The notes below the pieces were generated by a model. The model searched no databases. It worked only from the letters and a program-made list of their open reading frames with translations, and was not told the origin of the DNA. A stretch of 64,000 nucleotides of DNA from Candidatus Omnitrophota bacterium (GTDB lineage Bacteria; Omnitrophota; Gorgyraeia; Zapsychrales; Fredricksoniimonadaceae): contig CAIOPG010000009.1 of NCBI GenBank assembly GCA_903860135.1, forward strand, positions 175,805 to 239,804, in the 5' to 3' direction. Of this stretch, positions 40,499-49,583 are shown piece after piece; the first letter of the stretch is position 1, and each line of letters starts with the position of its first letter. The position numbers and the translations under genes are program-made.

Positions 40499-40896
40499 TA
40501 CTTCTCACGATCCGTAGCAATATTAATATGCTCGATCCCCATGCTGCGGGCAAGATTCAGGATGTCCACAACACGACCAACCGATGCCCGGTGATCCGCC
40601 TTGATCAAGATGGCTCTGGCATTGCCGCCAGGAAATGCTAAAAACTCTTTAAGTTCACCCAGCGTGATCAAATGATTATTCACATACACAACATTCTCGC
40701 CCGTCACAATGATCGTCAAACTTGACGGAGAGGCTATGTCGCTTGTCACTCCTTTGGGCAAGGCGATCTTTAAGAACGATGATTTTGAAATAAATAAAAT
40801 AAACGCTATAAAACCCAATAGAATAAATAATACATTCAAAAAAGGAAAGAAATTAAATTTTGGCACACATAATTTCAAATGCCTACGGAAATCCAT
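40498..40896 (-). CDS. exbD: Biopolymer transport protein ExbD/TolR family
   Basis: 132 aa; N-terminal TM FNFFPFLNVLFILLGFIAFILFI, periplasmic ExbD fold with ..IKADHRASVGRVVDILNLARSMG.. Confidence 0.8.
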   Translation of the reverse strand: MDFRRHLKLCVPKFNFFPFLNVLFILLGFIAFILFISKSSFLKIALPKGVTSDIASPSSLTIIVTGENVVYVNNHLITLGELKEFLAFPGGNARAILIKADHRASVGRVVDILNLARSMGIEHINIATDREK

Positions 40897-40899
40897 GCC

Positions 40900-41568
40900 C
40901 TAAGCCCCTCCGGCTAAAGGAACATTAATAATCTGCGTCATTTCACGCACAAGCGTCGAAGCAACCTGCTCCATCTGCAGAACAGTACCCTCGATCACCT
41001 TAAGAAAATACCGGTGCGCGATCATGGCAAAGATCCCGACAAGGGAAGCCGCCGCTGTTGTAATAAGCGCTTGCCCAAGACCAGCCGTAACATCCATCAA
41101 ACTGGCAGGATTTACAGCTACCGCACGAAGCTGTATTGTATGCAATAACCCACACAAACCAACCACCGTCCCCAGAAGGCCGATCAAAGGCACTAATTGA
41201 GCCATAAATACTAAAAGATCCAACCCTTTTTCCATCGCGCGTACCTCATACCTGGCCGCATCTTCCATCGCCACTTGTATCTCTGGTGCCGATTGACCAA
41301 AACTCAACAATCCTGCTTTTAAAATTCGTGCCATCGAAGAATCTGCGGCATCACACGCTGAAAGGGCACCCATGGTATTATTGTTTTGAATAAAACCGAT
41401 CACTTGAATAGAAAGGACAGCAATACCTTCGCGCACTTCTCCTAGAAACAAGAATCTTTCAATGACCAAAGCCGTAACACTGACGGAACATATCAAAACA
41501 GGAACCATGACAGGACCACCTGTCAATAATAATCGCCATGCGCCAATCCCGGTTACAGCATCGATCAT
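40900..41568 (-). CDS. exbB: MotA/TolQ/ExbB proton-channel family protein
   Basis: 222 aa, 3 TM helices; C-terminal LGLLGTVVGL..F motif region characteristic of TolQ/ExbB. Confidence 0.8.
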   Translation of the reverse strand: MIDAVTGIGAWRLLLTGGPVMVPVLICSVSVTALVIERFLFLGEVREGIAVLSIQVIGFIQNNNTMGALSACDAADSSMARILKAGLLSFGQSAPEIQVAMEDAARYEVRAMEKGLDLLVFMAQLVPLIGLLGTVVGLCGLLHTIQLRAVAVNPASLMDVTAGLGQALITTAAASLVGIFAMIAHRYFLKVIEGTVLQMEQVASTLVREMTQIINVPLAGGA

Positions 41569-41586
41569 TTAGGCATCCTTCGGCTA

Positions 41587-44070
41587 TTATTTCTTCCCGC
41601 TGCGTTCTTGGATCAACTCAATCCGTTCATTGGCAAACTTACTCTCGTCAACCTTCAAGTCAACAACCTTCCTGTACGCAGTAATCGCCTTTTCTAATTC
41701 ATTATTGTTTTCAAAAATTCTAGCGATACGCAAATATGCTTTTATAACCCATGGGATTTCTTTCGAATAAATATACGGTATCTTGAAATAAGCCTCTAGT
41801 GCCTTGTCAGATTCATTCAACACCTCGTAAACATCTCCCACAGAAAATTGAATCCCGGCACTGGTTACCTGGCTTTCACCTTTATCCGCTTCGATAGCCT
41901 CCGCGTATACAAACAACTCTTCGTTAAATTTCTTCTCCCGACGGTATATCTGCGCTATCTTCATTAAAGCATCACGTTTATACTGCGGACTTGTCGCTAT
42001 AATACCATGGTATGTTTCAACCGCCTTGTCAGTATCCAGTTCCTTAACAAATATACCAGCAATAGCAATCTTTGCCTTGGGGTAAAGTAATGGATCAATT
42101 TGGGGATCAACCTGCCTAAAATACGCGAGAGCTTTTTCAAAGTTCTCCAAAGACAAATACGCACGACCCAATTCAAAACAAAGAAGACCTTGCTTGACCG
42201 TCTCGGGCAAATCAAACAAGCCCTTCGTATAGAGTTCTACGGCCACCTGATAGAGACCTTCTGTCATATTGTACTGCCCCAGCCACAGAACACACTCGAT
42301 CTCCGCTTCGGTGTGAGGGTAACGATGCACGATATCTTTAAAACGTGCAAGTGCTTCCTTCGTGTCACCCATAGCATCATATGTCTTGGCAAGCCCTACA
42401 TACGCATTCTGGAGTATCTGCTGTTCATCAGGATAAAGCCTAAGCACATCATTAAAGATAACTATCGCCCTGTCAAACTGCTTCAAATTAAAATGCGTCA
42501 TCGCCAACACATAACGGGCTTCCGCCACAAACTGAACCGGAACAACAGGGTCAGAAATAAAAGAGGTCAGTATTTCAACAGCCGTCGCCCATTCCTTTCT
42601 ACGGAAATACGCCAAACCAAGATAATAACGGGATTCAGAAATATACTTACTGCCGGGATAATTAGCTTTTAATGCCTGAAGTGCCAAAACAGCAGCATCA
42701 ATCTTGCCGGATTTAAGAAGCGCAATCCCTAAATAATATTGGACATGATCTTCATAAGGCGTGTCCGGCATTTCATGAAGGATCTTGTCATAGACATCGA
42801 TCGCCTTGTCCATAACGCCAGCCTCCTGATAGGCATCCGCAATCTGGCTATACGCACTCACTTTTATTATCTTGTTATCCGACTTGTCAGCTACCAGCTG
42901 AAACATAGCGACAGCCTTGTCAATATCACCGCTCTTGGAATAAGTCCAAGCTAAACCGAACCTAGCTTTCTCGATCATTTTATCCCGTCCTGCCGCACCG
43001 CTAGAAATAGCAATGATCATCTCATAATCTTTGATAGCGGCCACATAATCATTAACAAGATACCAGGCATTGGCACGCCCCAAATAAGTATCGGCTATTT
43101 TAAGACTCGCCGGAAACCGCGCGATAACTTCCGAATAAATTGAGGCCGCTTCAACATATTTCTCCTGGGCTATAAAAAGACTCGCCTTGGCCAAAAGAAC
43201 ATCTTCTTCGGATACCTTTGCCGCTTTAACCGCAAATTGCGCTTCATCGAACGTCTTTAACGCCTCCACATATTTCTTAAGTTTGATCTGACACCAGCCC
43301 GTCCCGATCAGCGATGCGGCCATCGAAGATGGCGCCGTTGTCAATGATCTGGCTTTCTGATAAGCATCCGAGGCCTTGTCATATTGTTCCAGATTATACA
43401 AAGCCTCGGCCACATTGAATTGGGCTTCATAAAGACGGGTCGAACCGGGATGCCCTGAGATATAATTATTGAAAGCCACAATAGCCGCTTCATACTGAAC
43501 AGCATTGTAGTCACACTCTCCCAGCTTGAACGCGGCATCATCGGACAAGTTGTTAGCAGGAAACTTATCGATCAAGGCCTGGAATATCTTTTTGGCCGAC
43601 ACATAATCTTCCTTCTGAAAATAAGACCAGGCGAGCGAATAATATGCCTGGGGCGCATACAGGGATGCCGGAAAAGCATCAATAACTTGACGGTATTTCT
43701 CTTGGGCTTTGGGAATATCGCCACCCTTGAAATATGTTTCTCCCAACCAGAAAAGAGAGGCATCCTTGTATTCAGGCAACGCTACCAGATCCTTAAAAAC
43801 ATTAAAGGCCTGCACATACTGTTGCTTAAAGAAATAACTTTGCCCTTCGAGCAATCTCGCTTCAACAACTTTTGTGGTTTGCGGGAATTCAGTTAGAAGT
43901 TGATTGACGTAACGCAGAGAAACATCATAAAAACCATCTTCAAATGCGCGCTGGGCTACAATGAAAAGATCTTTCTCATTAGAATCAACAGCAAAAGATG
44001 GTGTCGCAACGATGAGCAACGAAATGCCCATGATGTACAGGATACATTGTAGATTTTTTCTTATTTTCAT
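41587..44070 (-). CDS. Large periplasmic tetratricopeptide-repeat protein (827 aa, signal peptide, no lipobox)
   Basis: Signal peptide MKIRKNLQCILYIMGISLLIVATPSFA; more than 15 TPR-like repeats (W-LG-Y/F-A-F-P patterns). 18 nt upstream of exbB. Confidence 0.75.
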   Translation of the reverse strand: MKIRKNLQCILYIMGISLLIVATPSFAVDSNEKDLFIVAQRAFEDGFYDVSLRYVNQLLTEFPQTTKVVEARLLEGQSYFFKQQYVQAFNVFKDLVALPEYKDASLFWLGETYFKGGDIPKAQEKYRQVIDAFPASLYAPQAYYSLAWSYFQKEDYVSAKKIFQALIDKFPANNLSDDAAFKLGECDYNAVQYEAAIVAFNNYISGHPGSTRLYEAQFNVAEALYNLEQYDKASDAYQKARSLTTAPSSMAASLIGTGWCQIKLKKYVEALKTFDEAQFAVKAAKVSEEDVLLAKASLFIAQEKYVEAASIYSEVIARFPASLKIADTYLGRANAWYLVNDYVAAIKDYEMIIAISSGAAGRDKMIEKARFGLAWTYSKSGDIDKAVAMFQLVADKSDNKIIKVSAYSQIADAYQEAGVMDKAIDVYDKILHEMPDTPYEDHVQYYLGIALLKSGKIDAAVLALQALKANYPGSKYISESRYYLGLAYFRRKEWATAVEILTSFISDPVVPVQFVAEARYVLAMTHFNLKQFDRAIVIFNDVLRLYPDEQQILQNAYVGLAKTYDAMGDTKEALARFKDIVHRYPHTEAEIECVLWLGQYNMTEGLYQVAVELYTKGLFDLPETVKQGLLCFELGRAYLSLENFEKALAYFRQVDPQIDPLLYPKAKIAIAGIFVKELDTDKAVETYHGIIATSPQYKRDALMKIAQIYRREKKFNEELFVYAEAIEADKGESQVTSAGIQFSVGDVYEVLNESDKALEAYFKIPYIYSKEIPWVIKAYLRIARIFENNNELEKAITAYRKVVDLKVDESKFANERIELIQERSGKK

Positions 44071-44127
44071 AATTATTAATTATATCAAGAAATTATCAGG
44101 AAACGAAAGATAAAATCGGAAGAAATT

Positions 44128-46920
44128 TTAAAGCTGGCGTTGCAGGAATGGACGCAAATACTGACCGGTGTATGATTCCGGGTGTGCCATCAGCCCTTCG
44201 GGAGTACCCGAGAATACCACACGGCCGCCGCGATCCCCACCATCTGGTCCAAGGTCTATGACATGGTCCGCTGATTTGATCACCTCGAGGTTATGCTCAA
44301 TGACAAGGACCGTGTTCCCCTTATCTACCAGCTGCTGAAGGACGCCGAGCAGTTTCTCGACATCAGCAAAATGCAGGCCTGTTGTTGGTTCATCCAGGAT
44401 ATACAGCGTCCTTCCTGTTGAAGGTTTGCAAAGCTCTGCCGCAAGTTTCACGCGCTGAGCTTCCCCGCCCGACAGCGTCGTGGCCGCCTGGCCGATCTTC
44501 ACATAACCAAGGCCAACCTCATTGATCACGCGCAATACCCGGGCAATACGGGGAATGTTGCCGAAGACCTCCAGTGCTTCGCTGATCGACATATCGAGCG
44601 TCTGACTGATATTCCTGCCTTTATATTCAACCTGCAAGGTCTGCTCGTTGAATCGCTGCCCATGACAAACAGCGCATTCCACATGAACATCCGGCAAGAA
44701 ATGCATTTCAATTTCTTTAACCCCGTCCCCCTGGCACGCTTCACAACGTCCGCCTTTAACATTAAAACTGAAACGCCCTGGACCATATCCCCTCAACCTG
44801 GATTCAGGAAGTCCGGAAAAAATAGAACGGATATCCGTAAAGACACCTGTATATGTTGCCGGATTTGACCGGGGTGTACGTCCTATCGGCGACTGATCAA
44901 CGACGATGACCTTGTCAATGGCGTCAAGTCCCTCAAGTTTCCTGTAAGCACCGGATTTCTCGCGGGATCCATAAAGATGACGCGCAAGCGCTTTATAAAG
45001 AACATCATAAACAAGCGTTGATTTCCCTGAACCGGAAACACCCGTTACGCATACAAAAACCCCCAGCGGGATATCAACATCAATATTCTTTAGATTATGT
45101 TCACTGACACCCTTTAAACGGATACAAGCTCCGCGCACAGCGGGCCGCCGTTGTGCCGGGATAGGAATACGGATAGATCCCTTAAGGTATTGCCCCGTCA
45201 ACGAATCTGAAATGGAAAGAATACCGTCAACAGGCCCCGCGTACATGATCTCCCCGCCGAACCGCCCCGCGCCCGGACCGAGATCCACCAGCCAGTCCGC
45301 ACTGCGGATCGTATCCTCATCATGTTCCACGACCACAAGGGTATTCCCCAGATCTCTGAGATCCCGTAAACTTGACAACAACCTTTCATTATCTTTTTGA
45401 TGGAGCCCGATAGACGGCTCATCCATCACATACACCACGCCGACGAGTCCGGAACCCACCTGCGTTGCCAGGCGGATGCGTTCAGCTTCCCCGCCGGATA
45501 GCGTTGAACTTTTACGGTCAAGCGTCAAATAATCCAGCCCCACATTGATACAAAAATCAAGCCGGCGAATGATCTCTTTAAGAACAGGTGCCGCAATGGT
45601 GCGTTCACCCCCCTCCAGTTGAAGCCCCAGAAAAAACTCCCGCGACTCCTGAATGGACATGCGCACGATCTCGGCAATGTTCTTGCCCTCAACAAGCACC
45701 ATCAGGGCTTCTTTCCTCAAACGCCGCCCTTCACACGCAGGGCATGGCGCTTCGGACATGAATTTTGAGATCTCCTCCTTGAGCCAGTCGCTCGGCGTCT
45801 CCCTGAACAAACGCTGGAGATAACCCGCGACCCCTTCAAACTTCTTGCCCCAGATAATGTCTTCGCCGCCAAAAAGAACCCTTTGTTTAAAATCCCGGGG
45901 AAGTTTATTGAACGGCATGGCCGGATCCATATCATAAAGCTTGGCTATTTCACGCAACACCGCCCGATAATACATCATGTATCCCCGCTGGCCCTTGCGC
46001 CAGGGAACAATGGCCGATACCCATGCTTTCTCCGGTGACGTGACCAATGTTTCAACATCGATCTCCATCCTTGTCCCGATACCATTGCAATCAGGGCATG
46101 CCCCATACGGAGAGTTGAAAGAAAATGTCCGCGGCTCAAGCTCCGGAAGATCGATCCCCTCATCGGGAACAGCAAAACTCTCGCTCATGACAAGATCTTC
46201 TGTCCCGTCTGTAAAACCGACAACAATAAAACCCTTGCCGACCCTGAGTGCCGTCTCGACCGAATCTGTCAAACGGGTTTTCACGTCTGGTCTGACTGAT
46301 AGGCGATCTACCACTATTTCGACAGAATGGATCTTATAACGATCAAATTTGATCTTGTCTTGAACATCATAAATATGCCCATCGACCCGTAGCCGCGCAA
46401 AACCCGCCTTGGCCACATCCCTACCGATGTGTGGATAGGTGCCCTTCTTCCCGCGGATATACGGCGCAAGGATATTGATCTTACTGCCCGCAGACAGTCG
46501 TAATATCCGTTCGACCATTTCCTGGGCAGACTGCTTCTCGAGCTTTTGCCCCATATAATAAGGAACACCGATCCTCGCGAACAACAGCCTCAAATAATCA
46601 TAAATTTCCGTCTGCGTGGCCACCGTTGACCTGGGATTACGGCTGATCGTTTTCTGTTCAATGGAGATCGTCGGGCTCAAGCCTTCGATCGACTCGACAT
46701 CCGGTTTCTGCACCTGATCGAGAAATTGGCGGGCATACGCTGAAAGGCTTTCCACATAACGCCGCTGCCCTTCAGCATAGATCGTATCAAAAGCCAGCGA
46801 AGACTTCCCAGAACCACTCAACCCCGTCACAACAATCAACTTGTTGCGGGGAAGCTCAAGGGAAATGTTCTTGAGATTATGTTCCCTGGCATTCTTGATA
46901 ACGATATTATTAAGTTGCAT
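44128..46920 (-). CDS. uvrA: Excinuclease ABC subunit A
   Basis: 930 aa; two ABC modules ([15 protein letters not shown]; [11 protein letters not shown]), zinc-finger Cys clusters, signature LSGGEAQR. Confidence 0.95.
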   Translation of the reverse strand: MQLNNIVIKNAREHNLKNISLELPRNKLIVVTGLSGSGKSSLAFDTIYAEGQRRYVESLSAYARQFLDQVQKPDVESIEGLSPTISIEQKTISRNPRSTVATQTEIYDYLRLLFARIGVPYYMGQKLEKQSAQEMVERILRLSAGSKINILAPYIRGKKGTYPHIGRDVAKAGFARLRVDGHIYDVQDKIKFDRYKIHSVEIVVDRLSVRPDVKTRLTDSVETALRVGKGFIVVGFTDGTEDLVMSESFAVPDEGIDLPELEPRTFSFNSPYGACPDCNGIGTRMEIDVETLVTSPEKAWVSAIVPWRKGQRGYMMYYRAVLREIAKLYDMDPAMPFNKLPRDFKQRVLFGGEDIIWGKKFEGVAGYLQRLFRETPSDWLKEEISKFMSEAPCPACEGRRLRKEALMVLVEGKNIAEIVRMSIQESREFFLGLQLEGGERTIAAPVLKEIIRRLDFCINVGLDYLTLDRKSSTLSGGEAERIRLATQVGSGLVGVVYVMDEPSIGLHQKDNERLLSSLRDLRDLGNTLVVVEHDEDTIRSADWLVDLGPGAGRFGGEIMYAGPVDGILSISDSLTGQYLKGSIRIPIPAQRRPAVRGACIRLKGVSEHNLKNIDVDIPLGVFVCVTGVSGSGKSTLVYDVLYKALARHLYGSREKSGAYRKLEGLDAIDKVIVVDQSPIGRTPRSNPATYTGVFTDIRSIFSGLPESRLRGYGPGRFSFNVKGGRCEACQGDGVKEIEMHFLPDVHVECAVCHGQRFNEQTLQVEYKGRNISQTLDMSISEALEVFGNIPRIARVLRVINEVGLGYVKIGQAATTLSGGEAQRVKLAAELCKPSTGRTLYILDEPTTGLHFADVEKLLGVLQQLVDKGNTVLVIEHNLEVIKSADHVIDLGPDGGDRGGRVVFSGTPEGLMAHPESYTGQYLRPFLQRQL

Positions 46921-46966
46921 ATAATTATTATAATCCTTAAAGACCGAAGAAGCACGTAATAGATAT

Positions 46967-46998
46967 AACCCCTGCCATCATCACTGACGACAGGGGTT
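46967..46998 (-). terminator. Candidate stem-loop terminator between the small basic-protein gene and the uvrA promoter region
   Basis: Inverted repeat AACCCCTG-N16-CAGGGGTT, 66 nt downstream of the 47064 stop. The U-tract is weak, so confidence is low. Confidence 0.3.
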
Positions 46999-47063
46999 AT
47001 ACGTTGATGACTAGCACATGTCGAATTCAAGCAAATTCAAGCCACAGATTTGATCTGTAAACC

Positions 47064-47348
47064 TTACTTCTTGCCCTTCTTCGCCACGACCTTCTTCACA
47101 GCCTTTTTCACAGCCTTCTTCTTCTTTCCGCCCTTCACCATGGCAGCAGAAGAAATATCGCCCTGCTTATCGATAAAATAGAGGAAACCAGATTCCTTCT
47201 TAATACCGACCTTGGCAACCTTCTTGGGCTTGCCGCCCTTCTTGTCGCCGCGCGCCATCGCCGCAGAAGAAACATCGCCATCCTTATCAATAAAATAAAG
47301 GAAACCCTTTTCTTTCTTGACGCCAACTTTAGCAACTTTCTTAGCCAT
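47064..47348 (-). CDS. Small Lys-rich protein with two tandem ~40-aa internal repeats and a histone-H1-like KKAVKK tail (94 aa)
   Basis: Repeat 1 KKVAKVGVKKEKGFLYFIDKDGDVSSAAMARG; repeat 2 KKVAKVGIKKESGFLYFIDKQGDISSAAMVKG; tail KKKKAVKKAVKKVVAKKGKK. The duplication is visible at the DNA level. A standalone gene with its own flanking hairpins. Confidence 0.55.
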   Translation of the reverse strand: MAKKVAKVGVKKEKGFLYFIDKDGDVSSAAMARGDKKGGKPKKVAKVGIKKESGFLYFIDKQGDISSAAMVKGGKKKKAVKKAVKKVVAKKGKK

Positions 47349-47435
47349 TATTATTCACCCCCTTTCATCGTGTAACTTTTTTCCATTTGAATCGGCGATA
47401 TCCCATTAACTCCGCCGATGATATTCATCTTGAAA

Positions 47436-48293
47436 CTATGTACCTACCCGGATATTCCCTGCGAATCCTTTCAATGTCTGAATACCAGACAGCACGGCCA
47501 AATAACTTGTTTTAGGATTATCAGGGCAAACGGTATTGTCCGTACGTGTTGTGATCGACCCAAACGGCCCCTCGGCAAATATCTCATGACTATTGCATCG
47601 GGCTGATGGTGATACCATAATACGCACACGCAAAACAGCATAAGGGCCAGCGGCCAAGGCGACTGCCGCCGCAACATTAATATTTTGTGGAAAATAACGC
47701 ACCGCATCCTCAACGCTACCTTCAAAAAGGATCGTATCCTTCTTCAAAGCATCAAGATCGATCCCCTTCTCTATAATGTAGGCATTACCAGAGAATCCGG
47801 CAGGCGGTTTGCTTGATGTCAACGTTAACTTGGTGATCCCGGCTGAAGAAGCCGCCTTGAGCGCATCAAGGCCTGCCACAGCACCCGACGGTAAAAGAAG
47901 TTTTCCCGAAGATTTGCGCGCCAAAGGGAAAAGGGTGGCGTGTTCCAGAAGCCTGCCGACACTCATGGCCAGGACGGTTTTCCCAGCGAGCAATGATTTC
48001 TTAACGATGGTGCCAGCAGCGGTAGAATTGACTGCTTCAACAATAACATCAGCATGGTCTATCAAATCATCAATAGAAGAAACAACACTGGCGGGATGCC
48101 TGATCGTTGCAGCCAGCCCCTTGGCCCTGACCAGATCAATGTCATAAAGAGCTGACAGGGTAAAGATACCCTTGAGTTCCTTGCTGACACTGCGTGCGAT
48201 CCTTGACCCGATCGCGCCACAACCAATAACACCCAGCCTGAGCCGGAGGTTACGCGCTAGTGCTTTGGGATTTTTCAGATGCTTTTTCATCAA
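47436..48293 (-). CDS. nadX: L-aspartate dehydrogenase (NadX family)
   Basis: LGVIGCGAIGSRIA (Rossmann), PSGAVAGLDALK, FEGSVEDAVRYFPQNINVAAAV, DNPKTSYLAVLS; matches the Thermotoga NadX pattern. Confidence 0.8.
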   Translation of the reverse strand: MMKKHLKNPKALARNLRLRLGVIGCGAIGSRIARSVSKELKGIFTLSALYDIDLVRAKGLAATIRHPASVVSSIDDLIDHADVIVEAVNSTAAGTIVKKSLLAGKTVLAMSVGRLLEHATLFPLARKSSGKLLLPSGAVAGLDALKAASSAGITKLTLTSSKPPAGFSGNAYIIEKGIDLDALKKDTILFEGSVEDAVRYFPQNINVAAAVALAAGPYAVLRVRIMVSPSARCNSHEIFAEGPFGSITTRTDNTVCPDNPKTSYLAVLSGIQTLKGFAGNIRVGT

Positions 48294-49135
48294 ACCCTGA
48301 CAACAATGTTATCTATCAGCCGCGTAGTGCCGATCCGGACCGCAACCGCGATCAGGATATCACCCTCTATCCGACGGGCTATTTGAAATCCGTCGAGCCT
48401 GATGCACTCGATATATTCAATGCTAGCACCCGTCCCGTCGCAAATCAACTTTTTTATTGAAGAATTTATTTTGCCCACAGCGCGCTCCCCGTCGGCGATC
48501 ATGACCGAGGCATGACGCAGTGCCGCAAATATCGCAGCAGCACTGTCTTTCTCCGTCGAAGAAAGATAACTGTTCCTCGAGCTCATGGCCAGACCGCTCT
48601 TTTCGCGCCGCGTAGGGCATACGTTGACGCGCACAGGAAAGTCGAGATCTGCCACCATCCTTTTAAGTATCTCGGCCTGTTGGGCATCTTTCTGGCCAAG
48701 ATACATTACGTCGGGACAAACGATATTCAACAGTTTCGCCACCACCGTCGCCACCCCTCGAAAATGCCCCGGACGTGATGCTCCGCAAAGGATATCCCCC
48801 GCGCCTTCAATATCAACCCATGCCTTCGTCGGTTGAGGATACATCTCGGCAACCGAAGGGACAAAAAGAATGTCCACTCCCGCCGCCAATGCCATGGCCT
48901 TGTCCCGGGTAAAGTCACGCGGATAACGCGACAAGTCTTCATTCAGACCAAACTGGGCTGGGTTCACAAAAAGACTAACAACCGTAATATCATTCCCTTT
49001 GACGCTGGCCTTCATCAGAGAAACATGCCCGTCGTGAAAATACCCCATGGTCGGCACAAACCCAACCGAAAAACCTTCCTGCCGGTGCAAACGAAGCGCC
49101 TTGCGCATCGCCCTGATCGTTGTGATAACCTTCAT
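48290..49135 (-). CDS. panC: Pantoate--beta-alanine ligase
   Basis: GFVPTMGYFHDGHVSLM (HIGH-like), ..VSLFVNPAQF.., KMSKS-like region SSRN. Confidence 0.9.
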   Translation of the reverse strand: MKVITTIRAMRKALRLHRQEGFSVGFVPTMGYFHDGHVSLMKASVKGNDITVVSLFVNPAQFGLNEDLSRYPRDFTRDKAMALAAGVDILFVPSVAEMYPQPTKAWVDIEGAGDILCGASRPGHFRGVATVVAKLLNIVCPDVMYLGQKDAQQAEILKRMVADLDFPVRVNVCPTRREKSGLAMSSRNSYLSSTEKDSAAAIFAALRHASVMIADGERAVGKINSSIKKLICDGTGASIEYIECIRLDGFQIARRIEGDILIAVAVRIGTTRLIDNIVVRV

Positions 49136-49157
49136 CTGCTCCTCCCCGATAACCTGC

Positions 49158-49556
49158 TCATCCCCTTACCTCATTCAAAGGCCGCATGACAAAATCCCTT
49201 GTGTGCATCCTCGGATGCGGGATGATCAACGCTGGCGTGTTCATCTGGGCATTATCATACAACAGGATATCAATATCAATGGTGCGCGGCCCATTCTTTA
49301 TCAAACGCACACGGCCCAGTGCCGCCTCGACACGTTGCCCCGCCATCAGGACATCCAAAGGAAGCAGGTTCGTTTCAGCCCTGAGGACAGCATTAAAAAA
49401 AAGACCCTGCGGGGGGCCTCCCACAGGGGTTGTTTCCATGAGCGTAGATAATTTTACAGTTTTAATGCCTGCCGCATCGAGGAACTTGACCGCGTCATGG
49501 ATATTCCTGGCGCGATCCCCCACATTAGATCCAAGGCCCAGATAGACAGTTGCCAA
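49158..49556 (-). CDS. folK: 2-amino-4-hydroxy-6-hydroxymethyldihydropteridine diphosphokinase (HPPK)
   Basis: VYLGLGSNVGD..GPRTIDIDILLYD..IPHPRMHTRDFVMRPL. Confidence 0.85.
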   Translation of the reverse strand: MATVYLGLGSNVGDRARNIHDAVKFLDAAGIKTVKLSTLMETTPVGGPPQGLFFNAVLRAETNLLPLDVLMAGQRVEAALGRVRLIKNGPRTIDIDILLYDNAQMNTPALIIPHPRMHTRDFVMRPLNEVRG

Positions 49557-49583
49557 CCCAAGACTCCTTACACATATAAGCCC

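Noticed and set aside
41587-44070. Assigning the 827-aa TPR protein as CpoB/YbgF or as a PilF/Tgl pilotin
   Set aside because: It is several-fold larger than either, has a cleavable signal peptide without a lipobox Cys, and TPR repeats are too generic. It is left as a TPR protein, with the pilotin/scaffold idea kept only as a hypothesis.
46921-47063. Possible tRNA or small RNA in the uvrA-upstream spacer and other intergenic gaps (62291-62430, 63291-63449, 47349-47435)
   Set aside because: No cloverleaf-compatible segments or GTTCGA-type T-loop motifs were seen, only simple hairpins better explained as terminators or operators. No RNA gene is called.
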